Shown: piece by piece, positions 44,901-54,200 of the stretch
How the letters are laid out: each line of letters begins with the position of its first letter
Numbering within the stretch: the stretch's first letter is position 1
Origin: Schizochytrium sp. TIO01
Taxonomy: Eukaryota > Protista > Bigyra: Labyrinthulomycetes
DNA length: 64,000 nucleotides
Direction: 5' to 3'
Assembly: GCA_004764695.1 (NCBI GenBank)
Contig: SMSO01000032.1
Span: 4,000,483-4,064,482, forward strand
Notes under the pieces: generated by a model
Seen by the model: the letters and a program-made list of their open reading frames with translations, nothing else
Database searches by the model: none
Told to the model about the DNA's origin: nothing
Position numbers and translations under genes: made by a program

Positions 44901-46187
44901 GGAAGTGGAAAAACCTTTTCATCTGCCTACACAATTTTATCCCTGCTGAACTCTGCACCGCAAGGTTGTAATCGAATTGCTGTGGTGATGGCCAACACGA
45001 ACAGTGCTATCATAAATTGTTTAGAAAAGATCCATGAGGCAACGGGTAACCTCGTCGCTCGAGGTTTATTCCATCCTCCATTGTTAGAGGATATTGTGAT
45101 TCGACAAATCACGGCAGCTGATGCTAGTAGTTATGTTAAGGCGCTTCCTCCTGGAAATATAAACCAAAGGTTTCTCGATTCGGTCGGAGAAAGAGGCATG
45201 ATAATTCTTGGTGCTACTCCATGGCAACTTGAAAAAGTAGCAGTACTAAGAAACAGAACCTTCGTGCTCTTAGTCGATGAAGCATCTCAAATCCATGAAG
45301 CGCATGCTCTGTTAGGCTTGCGAGTGCTTGATCCAGAAAATGGTCACTTAGTTGTTGTAGGTGATCACAAACAACTTCCTCCTATTGAAGAACTCTCCAA
45401 TTCGAAGCCCCGCTCTTTTTTAGACGCTTGTATACATAGCAATATCGATCATGGCTTAATGCACGGCATTGCAAGCAAGTTGACAGAAAATCTTCGTATG
45501 AACGCCCCAATGGGCGAAGTACTGCACGGTATATATGGAGAAGATTATAGGGTCGTTCCTGCGCATCGAAGACTTGGGTTTCGCTTGCGTCAACATGAGG
45601 AGAACCCGCCTTTGCATAGATATCTTAGGGACCCTACAATCGGGCTTTATTTTGTCGAAGCGGTTGCCGATCCTCTTGCAAGTGCATCTGATCTGCTAAA
45701 TGCAGAAGCACTTTTCGCTGTGGAGATTGCTCAAAGCTATCGGCAGTATTTTTCGGGACGTGCTGGGGAATCCTGGACGTCAACTTTGCTGATTGTTACT
45801 CCGCATCATAACCAAAGGAGAACAGTTCGACGGCAACTAATTGAAGCGTTCGGCACAAAGGAAGCAAGCCAAATTTGTGTAGACACTGTCGAGAAGGCTC
45901 AAGGACAGACTTTTGACTTTGTCCTTGTTCTCTTTGGAGTTCCCTCCAGAGAAGCGATAGCAAGGGAATCCACCTTTATTTTTGACGAACGCCGTCTCAA
46001 CGTAGCTATTTCGCGTGCACGTTTTCGCACAATAGTTTTTGCAGGATCTACTCTAAGTTCTCCCCCCGTAGAAGCTTTGCTAGATCAACAAGCTCGCCAA
46101 GGTTGGGCTGCATTGCGTCGTCTTCGAGCCTTTGCAGATTCGAAAGGAACGCGCCAAGTTTTTCGAGGACTTGATGTTTTTGTCTAG
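41991..46187 (+). CDS. PD-(D/E)XK (RecB/TM0106-like) nuclease with predicted 4Fe-4S staple, fused to a Upf1/Dna2-like SF1B helicase
   Basis: Nuclease motifs RGRLFE, ARPDFV, VVDAKS, QVSIY; Cys in RKCERF plus CQTCDHVQHC. Helicase motifs LQPSQ, WGPPGSGKT, VDEASQ, VGDHKQLPP, LTENLRMN, IVTPHHNQ, DTVEKAQG, RRLNVAISRAR. First ATG at 41991. Confidence 0.85.
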   Translation: MLHDNNAGREFGEGAGGELRGRAPRVSASLIGEFFSRKCERFLRRESTRHSGQNRQERTEEPLQVQRGRLFEEELEATLWGNDRVLLINLGGEREFAGEPARLLTNLHEFNVEADLVVFSQMPLTLTGSGHTVWTELLDQVGASFALARPDFVFACPYNGQIMVVDAKSYEAIKISHLTQVSIYSILLEELICSLNLRSPQNHLHVASKGGIWLPGMSEPYYLPSTITQPNLKDEPLIEEGPILVDLEAVKEAVHTFLRDDLVRICSAPESSLGWQLASSCQTCDHVQHCRTIQTAPNGIPEVLLGHVPYLDHDVAANLASHVPTLPLIQVQNYPVRDIEDFLLNINESSTVPVTLQNSARRALLLNSQQNNRNIREILEDELSAPQLRPDTFIEDLGFEAQEHVIIDAIARPDILPIQPLSITCYFASTNTTIQFSADPNSVLAQSSQVNKVLSEHFVELLYDRIHSMHEGAIRLAVLSWSERSLEIFTTFLINFACSSDGLPSLREQATLLAWTLGDRQRLVDLPYTVDLFGFSPVPNISYYRILARAELDIMFNNLPQEFCDWYLEGIGQEPNLRLRAPRNGLVLNKEGVAKAVFLYNAQEFFRLNFLSVEDSNVDELLDDARERYFQHINDAKQNRVFVVEAFVKKYVMIPKPGFFSFQDCLDAFGVHVAVQEDNVVQQRWITHQSVDTELLHRVQALWQLTSAIGLLTQTVEGWIVRKITPFLRFPRLLSITSQSLIRACTIEQQRVLKGVQRYQSLRSAEPREVLVSEGRLPRLIATGENARVQHKGARRETWDCQFRIDPTLSDLEIDATPTIKSWILVPDTRDSWRNLLAYDDLRTMDSPDPPISGGTASIIAVQGGLVHLRTAGYFNAKDSERVPRPGQAFFLVKRYTNFTCSKVLKGLMGLSVNNPADVLTLIANPVAWNTESGLPVRLDKGILSSLQPSQRRAALRCANNRLQVIWGPPGSGKTFSSAYTILSLLNSAPQGCNRIAVVMANTNSAIINCLEKIHEATGNLVARGLFHPPLLEDIVIRQITAADASSYVKALPPGNINQRFLDSVGERGMIILGATPWQLEKVAVLRNRTFVLLVDEASQIHEAHALLGLRVLDPENGHLVVVGDHKQLPPIEELSNSKPRSFLDACIHSNIDHGLMHGIASKLTENLRMNAPMGEVLHGIYGEDYRVVPAHRRLGFRLRQHEENPPLHRYLRDPTIGLYFVEAVADPLASASDLLNAEALFAVEIAQSYRQYFSGRAGESWTSTLLIVTPHHNQRRTVRRQLIEAFGTKEASQICVDTVEKAQGQTFDFVLVLFGVPSREAIARESTFIFDERRLNVAISRARFRTIVFAGSTLSSPPVEALLDQQARQGWAALRRLRAFADSKGTRQVFRGLDVFV

Positions 46188-46663
46188 TTTGCAAACCTGA
46201 ACGTCGAAAAATAAAGTAGCAATGTTGATCAAAACCACTTGGAAATTGTGTCCTAACCTCCTCTTTTTTTCTTCTTTTTAAATAAATAAATTGAATCCCT
46301 GTTTGTCTCCTCAAAATATTCTACTTGAATCCCCACCCAAGGTCTGGTATTCTCCAAAGGTGTACATTTGCGCTTTTCCAAATACTATGTTATGGCAACT
46401 CTACGGAAATTACCAAGTAGACAAGAGGCAGGCCAGCCGCTCCCAAGTTTCGACTGCCTAGTGTTCTCAGCTAGAACAAGATACCCATAATTAAAAAACA
46501 CTCATCATGCCTGGTAGAACACATTTTAGATAGGAGTAATGGATTTGGCCGTTGAAGCATTTCTCACTTGTGTCGCCTTTGGGCTCTCTTGGTTCCCTCT
46601 GCAGCGAGTTGAGGGCCTACGAAGCCATGGCAATCGACGAAGAAGCTTCTGTCAGGTACCGCT

Positions 46664-49087
46664 ATGGCCCACGTCGAGGCTAGCGGCGGCGCTGCTTATC
46701 TGCCTGAGCAGCGGCAGCAGAGTAGCGTTACCACGGCAAACGGCAGAGTCACGTCTTTAAATGCTGCAAGACATGTTGCTGCGACCTCGGAGCAGGGCAC
46801 TCAAGGGCAAAGAGTTCGTGTGTTTGTACGGCCAAGACCCGTGACGGCCAATGAAACATCAGCGCTTATTGGAAGTACTATAAACCATAATAGTGAAACA
46901 GATCAGAGAGCTTCAATTGCACTCGAGCCCACGGAAAATTGCGTGAAAGTGAATGTACGGCGAGATCCTCGACACGCGAATGGGAAGGCAGACGCCGGGG
47001 AAGATAATTGGTCTTTCAAGTTTGACGGCGTGTTTTCAGCAGAGGCAAGCCAGGAGGAAATTTTTCAGAGATGCGTGCCATCCCTACTTGGAGACCTGCT
47101 GAGTGGCTACAACGGCACAATTCTTGCGTATGGACAAACTGGAGCAGGGAAGACACATACAATGATGGGCAATTCCGGAAATCCAAGCATGAGGGGTCTT
47201 GCTGCTCGCACAATTTCAAAGCTCTTTCGTGATATCGACCAAACAGACGCGGTTTCGTTTACAGTTCGAATGTCTTACCTCGAGATTTATAAAGAACAAT
47301 TCTATGACTTACTTGCCTCGGGCAGTCATGAAGATGAAGAATTGAAACGACCTCACACAACAGCTGCAGGACCTTCCTCAAAAAGAGCGATCGGCGGAAG
47401 TTTCCAGTTCGCTACGCACCCTAGCGAAGGAGTTACTTTGCTTGGGCTCAGTCGGAAAATTGTACGCAACGAGGAAGATGCTCTGGCCTGCTTGTTTGAA
47501 GGTGAAACAAATCGAGCTATTGCTTCCCATGAATTGAACTATTCATCAACTCGCTCACACTGCATAGTGACGTTCTGGGTTGAAAAGCGTGCATCTGAAC
47601 CTGATCCAGAGTCAGGAATCATACAGGAGCGAGTGTCAAGTGCAAAGTTGCACCTTGTAGATCTTGCAGGCTCAGAAAGAGTATTGAAGACAAACTCTGT
47701 TGGGAGTGTTCTACAAGAGGCAAAAGCCATTAACAAAAGTCTTTCATTTCTTGAGCAAGTTGTAGTTGCACTTGGAGACAAGAAGCGCGACCATGTACCA
47801 TATAGACAAAGCTTGCTCACGCATTTCCTCCAGGATTCTTTGGGAGGAAACTGCAAGAGTCTTTTAATCGCTTGTGTTTGGCCTGCTGTCTCACATGCAG
47901 AGCAGACTATAGCAACGCTCAAATTTGCAACTCGAATGATGAGGGTGAAGAATATTCCTGTCCGCAACAAAAGCTCAGATGTTGCCCCAGAAATACTGAA
48001 CGACTACAAGAAAGAAATTCGCTTATTGCGCGAGGAGCTTGCTCTTCGCGATGCATTCTTTGCACGACATATGAATCCTCAGGATTATCAACAGCACACT
48101 GCACAAGGCTCGGTAGTGGACCAAACCTCTGGCAACGAAGTGTTAGAATCAAGCACAAGCTTTGGACATACTCCGTTTAGCGCTGCGGTTCGTACACATC
48201 TACAATCAGACATACAAAACTACCTATCACATGGTGATCCGTCACTTTTAGGGGTGCAAAGCCTTCGCCATGTATACACATTGCTTGATCTAATGCGAGA
48301 AATGACTTTGAAGGCCAAGCAATCTGGCCAGCTTGAGGCCAGCAATTTAATGCCAAGAAACCAACATCAACTTTATGGTTTTCCTGAAACTGAATCGAAA
48401 ATCGCTCATGGAAAACTGGTGCAGCTAGGTGGTATGCATAGTAAAATAGACAACCTCACTGAAAGCGTGGATTCAACTCCACATCCGCCAGCAAGCAGTG
48501 GACCTCGGTCTTCACGGCCGCGCCCGGGTCCAAGGAGAAGATCTCGAGGTCGGGTTCACAACCACATTGTTGCTGATTCACAGTTTGATTTTCAAGTAAA
48601 CAACAACGATATAGACAACGACAAAGTAGACTCGCCAAAACCAGAAGCCCTGACAAATAAAACAAATGGTTTTCCCGAAGGACGGGAAGAACATGATTAT
48701 CACACAGAGGTCGTCAAAACAATTGACAGAGAAAAATTGTTTTTGCAGTTCAAATTAGATGCCCATCACGGGGCTCCTTTATACAGTGCCGTAGAGGACG
48801 CAAAAAAGAGCTTAGTACAATTGAAAGCAGAATCCAAAAAAGCACGCCTTAAGGTCAATGAAGCAAAGGCACGTCTTGATTCGATTCTGCAAACTGTACA
48901 GGCCCAAGACTTACCAGCTCCTGAACTCGTAGATGAATTACGTATGGAAAAGGGTGCCTATCGTAGTGCTACAGAATGCTTGAAGGAGATCAAGTCAGAA
49001 ATTGCTTATGCTACTCAAGTTTTGAAAAGTTGCAGAGAGAGAATGGCTACAACATTTGAGTCTTGGTTACAAGATACAACAAGCTGA
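46664..49087 (+). CDS. Kinesin-9 family motor (KIF9/KIF6/KLP1-like)
   Basis: YNGTILAYGQTGAGKT, STRSH, LVDLAGSER and INKSLSFLEQVVVALGDKKRDHVPYRQS (kinesin-9 type), with a coiled-coil tail. Confidence 0.9.
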   Translation: MAHVEASGGAAYLPEQRQQSSVTTANGRVTSLNAARHVAATSEQGTQGQRVRVFVRPRPVTANETSALIGSTINHNSETDQRASIALEPTENCVKVNVRRDPRHANGKADAGEDNWSFKFDGVFSAEASQEEIFQRCVPSLLGDLLSGYNGTILAYGQTGAGKTHTMMGNSGNPSMRGLAARTISKLFRDIDQTDAVSFTVRMSYLEIYKEQFYDLLASGSHEDEELKRPHTTAAGPSSKRAIGGSFQFATHPSEGVTLLGLSRKIVRNEEDALACLFEGETNRAIASHELNYSSTRSHCIVTFWVEKRASEPDPESGIIQERVSSAKLHLVDLAGSERVLKTNSVGSVLQEAKAINKSLSFLEQVVVALGDKKRDHVPYRQSLLTHFLQDSLGGNCKSLLIACVWPAVSHAEQTIATLKFATRMMRVKNIPVRNKSSDVAPEILNDYKKEIRLLREELALRDAFFARHMNPQDYQQHTAQGSVVDQTSGNEVLESSTSFGHTPFSAAVRTHLQSDIQNYLSHGDPSLLGVQSLRHVYTLLDLMREMTLKAKQSGQLEASNLMPRNQHQLYGFPETESKIAHGKLVQLGGMHSKIDNLTESVDSTPHPPASSGPRSSRPRPGPRRRSRGRVHNHIVADSQFDFQVNNNDIDNDKVDSPKPEALTNKTNGFPEGREEHDYHTEVVKTIDREKLFLQFKLDAHHGAPLYSAVEDAKKSLVQLKAESKKARLKVNEAKARLDSILQTVQAQDLPAPELVDELRMEKGAYRSATECLKEIKSEIAYATQVLKSCRERMATTFESWLQDTTS

Positions 49088-49509
49088 AGGTCTTAAAACG
49101 AGTCTTACTGAATAGAAAAAAATGAAGCGAAGTTTGCTTTGTGGAGCATAAGAAATTATTTCTGCTCCCATAATCGCGTCTTGATGCTTGATTTTCTGAT
49201 CCTCTTCCAGAGTAGCGGAGAGAACGCTATGATCTCGCTAAAGTGAATTGCCTGAAGGCATCATGCGTATAATAGATAATTTTATTGAATCATTATGTTT
49301 GTGTTTGAATCCCGATTCTGCTTGCTACCTGAACAATTTTCGTTTGTCTTTTTCTGAAATTACGTGTTCACACTATGAATTCACATTTTTTTAATATAGA
49401 ATATTTTGCTATTGTGAAGTTGAGTAGTTTGACAGTCTAGTTTTGAAAGACAAAAGCCAGAAACTCGGTAGCAGACGCTGATTATTTATAGCTTAATATT
49501 GATACGAGG

Positions 49510-50499
49510 TTACAACATTGGGCTTTGAGTTCCAGTCGCACTTTTAGCAAGACTTTGGATCATGTCGAGCTCTGCACGACCCTGAAAAGCAGGGTCTTGG
49601 GCAAGCCCTTTGGCGATATTTTCCACAGTTTTCATTGCCTGAAGCAGAATGTCTTTCTCCCGCAAAGCCTTTCGCTCTCGGATTCGCGAAGCTGCAGCCA
49701 TATTTGATGAGCGAACACTACCGTTCTCGCTCTCTTTGCTTTCCGCGGCATTCTTCTCTGCGACCATTGTCTTAAGTTGGTCTCGGTAATTCCGAATCAG
49801 TTTGTCAAAAGCATCTTCGATGGCCATGAAGTGTTGCGTCATTGCGGATTGTAATTTTTCTATACTGCTACTTTCGTTAACACCTGTACGAGCGCGAATT
49901 GCTGCTCTTGGGTTTCCTAGCAGATTTTCACAATCCATCATATAGTGAATTGCGCCGGATCGTATTTGATCAAGCTCATCCGTTTGAGGTAGAGGCGGGA
50001 TTTCTCTTGATGATGAACGCTTCATGTTCGCTTCGCGAGCCTCTAAGCTTTTTTTGAGTGATCTCAGCTTTGCCTCCTCTTTCTGAACTCGTGCTTCCCT
50101 CTTTCCAACCCGGATTTGACGAGTTGCAACAGCTCTGAGCTGTTCCTTAACTCCACGACGCTCGTCTTGAAGTTCTGCGAGTTGTCGCTTCAAAGCCTGG
50201 TTTTCCTCAAGAATGTCAGACTCAAACTTCCTGACATCAAGGATAGCAAGTTCGAAGAGGTCCTCCAGTAGTTCCCGGTGAGATTCAAGCTCGGGAGCCC
50301 GTAGTGCGTTCACCAGGCGGTTTAAAGAACTTGGTGCTTGGCGTGCACCCATGAGTGCTGAGGGTGATAGTGAACCAACATCTTCGTGATCGTCAGCTCC
50401 ATGAGCCCAGCCGTTGTTGTTGCTCTCACGGCCTTTCCGCATCGTAAGTTCAGACCTGGCGAGCACACCCTGAGCCAAACTGATTCGCGAAGACGCCAT
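49510..50499 (-). CDS. Hypothetical coiled-coil protein (first ATG at 50499)
   Basis: About 330 codons open, with heptad-rich E/K/R/Q/L segments. Confidence 0.7.
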   Translation of the reverse strand: MASSRISLAQGVLARSELTMRKGRESNNNGWAHGADDHEDVGSLSPSALMGARQAPSSLNRLVNALRAPELESHRELLEDLFELAILDVRKFESDILEENQALKRQLAELQDERRGVKEQLRAVATRQIRVGKREARVQKEEAKLRSLKKSLEAREANMKRSSSREIPPLPQTDELDQIRSGAIHYMMDCENLLGNPRAAIRARTGVNESSSIEKLQSAMTQHFMAIEDAFDKLIRNYRDQLKTMVAEKNAAESKESENGSVRSSNMAAASRIRERKALREKDILLQAMKTVENIAKGLAQDPAFQGRAELDMIQSLAKSATGTQSPML

Positions 50500-51240
50500 C
50501 GCAACCGCCTTGAGTTGCTGAAAGAGCTTGCCCCCAAACCGTTTTAATAGCAGACGAGCAAACTCGAACCCCAAACTATTGAAAGTAAAAAGTCTGCGCA
50601 AATAGAACGTACTTTGGATTTTCAGTTCGCCATTCCACTGTCAACCAAACGAAGCCGCAAATGATAAGATCAACGTTGATTCAAGTTGCAGTCCTCATTC
50701 TCTTCGTCCTCCCCCAGGCATGGCCACTTTAGACCTACTGAAAACGAATGTTAGGTATCATGGCCAAGGTAAAGCTATTTTCCAACGAACGCATCCCTTT
50801 CTTGGACCAAATTTGCGGAACCCACTTAAGATGTGAGCAACCCATTTTAGACCCGGGAGTTGCCAGAAAGCACAGCCCTACATCTAACGACGCGTTCCTT
50901 CGGCTTGGAAAATTAGAGCTCCTATAAAGACGAGCAAACTTTGAGCGCCGTGCGACGTGAGCATAATTAAAACCCACGCCGCTCCGGTGGCGTCCAGGGA
51001 CGTCCTCGGAGCCCTTTTTCTCGTGATAGGCAAAGGTGGGACGTCTGCGGCAGGCTGGTGCTCAGGTCTGGCTGCGTTTCAGTACCTCGGAGGTTCGAGA
51101 TTTTGAAATTTGCGACCAGAGCAAGGAACGAGGGTCTCGAAAAGCACGAAAAAACTACCTTTGGGACAATTGTGACGCCTTCAGCGTGGAGTTTCGATAA
51201 ATGCTTGGGGTAGAGCTCATTTCAACAAAGAGGCGCTGAG

Positions 51241-54200
51241 ATGGATGATATTTTTGACACGGATGACGTCTTGAGTCTCCTGGAGAATGCCGAGCTTCAG
51301 CATGCTCAAACCAAAACCACTGCAAAACCAAAGCCTCCTACGTACGGAGCAGGGCTGCTTAAGCCGTCAGGCACATGCAAATGTGGATTTATGAATACGA
51401 AACATGGCCTGGAGGTCTGCGAGTTCTGTGATTTGCCATTTCATCCCAAAGGTGTGCTTGCAACGAATAACAATATTACAAACATGATGCAACCCTCCGG
51501 TGATTTAGAGTCTTCGTCTGCAATGACACATCATAATCAGATAATGACACGCAATACTTCAGGCTCGGGTGCAAATTACAACACAGCGCCTCTGAATAAC
51601 AATATCGGTGCAAACTCAGGCAAGCTTTTCCAATCCGCTCGCCAATATGCACCTCATCCACATTCAGAATCATCTGTCAGAGGTAGTAATTCAATGCCAC
51701 CCCTTAGTTATGGCCAGACAAACCCGAGGCAAAACACTCGGCCTACGTCGTCATTAGCTAGCGTTGAGCCGGATAAAGTGCCAGGGTCGTATACAAGGCA
51801 CGGAGGATCCTCTCAAATTAATTCAGCTACTAGCTGCAGTAATAGAAACAAAAATAGCACCAGTAGCAATGCTTCCAGTTCTGCTCCCCGGTCTAGACAT
51901 TTAGGTTCAATAAATCGTTCGGCAAATCCATGGTCCATCTCATCATCAAACCAGGCAGGTTCAAACGCTTTTGAGGAAGAAATCAACGATGAGGTCTTAG
52001 AAAGTCACGTTCCTCATGATCCAAACACCATAGATACTTGGATTTATCCAGCAAGTGAAAACTATCCTCGGCGCGATTATCAGTTCTCTATTGTCAAATC
52101 TGCTTTGCTACATAACACACTTGTGATCCTCCCGACTGGTTTAGGAAAAACGTTTATTGCTGCGGTGGTGATGTACAACTTCCTTCGCTGGTATCCAACT
52201 GGCAAGATCATTTTCGTAGCGCCAACTAAACCTCTCGTGACACAGCAAATCGAGGCATGCCACCGCATCGTTGGTATTAATGAAGATAGTACAGCACGCA
52301 TGATGGGAAATAACCTGGCAAAGCAGCGCAAAGACCATTGGCGAGATAATCGTGTTTTCTACTGTACACCACAAACTGCAGCCAACGATTGCAAGAGCGG
52401 ACTGCTCCCGATGAAAGAAGTGGTTTGTGTAGTTGTTGACGAAGCTCACCATGCAAACGGTAACCATTCCTACGTAAATTTGATTAAAGAACTCCGGTCT
52501 CAGACTCGGAGTTTTCGTATTCTTGCACTCAGTGCTTCACCAGGAAAAAATAAGGAACGTGTGCAGGATATTGTTAATAATCTACACATTGCCAATATTG
52601 AGTACAAGTCTGAGTCAGATCCTGACGTGAGCCCATACGTGTACAAGAAGATGATCCAGATAGTTGACGTAAAACCAAGCGATGGAATGAACGAAATTCG
52701 CTCCCAGGTTTTCAAGCTTGCCGAGCCTGCTTATCGAGCCATTCAAGCAAGCTCGTGCTGCCCTCCATTGATGCGCCGTCCTATCCACAAAATTTCGCCA
52801 GAAATGATTGTTACAGCTCGTGGATACCTCTTTAAAAATGGTACAACAGGAACCATGCATGAAGTTAATATGTTACAGGGAAGTTTGAACGCACTGAATA
52901 GTCTGCTAACAGGCGTGAAGTTTCTTGCAGTCCAAGGTGTAAGTGGTATGTTATCGCACTATGAACAACTCCTATCAAAACCAAAACTCAATGTTGCCTT
53001 AGAGCGTATTGTCAAGACAAATCAGTGGCGAAACTTTATGCGAGATCTTCGATTGAAACGAAACGATGTAAACTCAAATCCCAAGGTCAATAAGCTTCTT
53101 GATGTCCTCACGGAGCATTTCGAACGCATGAAGAAGGCGGGCCAGCAAACTAGCTGTATTGTTTTTGCCAATCATCGCAACACCATAGCTGGTCTGGTCT
53201 CAGCAATTGGTAATGAAACTGATCTTCGTGTATCCCCCTTCATTGGTCAACGTTCTGCTCTTTCTGCGGTAGCAAAAGCCAAATTAAAAATGGCCAAATC
53301 TGTTGCAAAGATCGTTGATGAAGTTGAAGACGAGGATTTAAGCAATTCGGGAGATAGTGGTTTGAACCAGAACCGGGTAGGAGGCAATCTTTCCAAATCA
53401 GCATCGTCCAGTGGAGCTAGTGAATCATTAGAGCAGTCCGCAACTATGCAAGGTCAGAATCAAAAAGAGCAACAGAAGATTATCAACAAGTTCAAGCAAG
53501 GTACATTAGACGTTTTGGTTGCAACTTGTATTGGTGAAGAAGGTCTTGACATTGGTTCAGTAGATTTAATTGTTTGCTTTGATTCTTTAAAATCGCCAAT
53601 TCGTATGATTCAGAGGTTTGGAAGAGCCGGTCGTAAGCGATCTGGTACGGTTGTACTTTTGGTGAGTGAAGGAAAGGAGAAAAATGACCTTACGGAAGGT
53701 ATTTCACAATCAAATCGAGTTCACAAGCTATTGCGAGAGAAACTTGCGTTAATTGCGTTACATAAGAGTAGCAACCCACGTATGATACCAAAAGACATCC
53801 ATCCTAGTGTCATTTGTAGAGAAATGGAGATTGGGAATTTTCGTGCCTCTCAAGTAGCTGGAACTTCACCTCACAAAACATCAAAGTCGAATGCTGCGAA
53901 AAAAGCCAAGGAGTCTGCAAAATCGAAAAATACTTCTGCAAGAGCCTTAGCTCCAAAGACACCCTTGCGTCCCTTTTCTGATTGTGAGTCTCGTTACTAT
54001 GAATCCTTTGTGACCACGGCAAGAAAACCGGCCCCAGATCTTTTCGAGTTTTCGCTTTTCAAGCCTTTAACTCCATTGATTTTTAGTCACTATCAGGGTA
54101 TGCCTTCGTCTTCCCGTTCAAAAGCTTATGAGCGAATTCGAATTTATGTAGATAATGAGCTTTGGAATCCTGATAACTATCAGCATAATCAGAGTAATCT

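Noticed and set aside
50973-50981. CCCACGCCG match to the tRNA-Glu 3' end as a possible att-site duplication
   Set aside because: Only 9 nt, the enclosed genes include ordinary eukaryotic ones, and no integrase is present.
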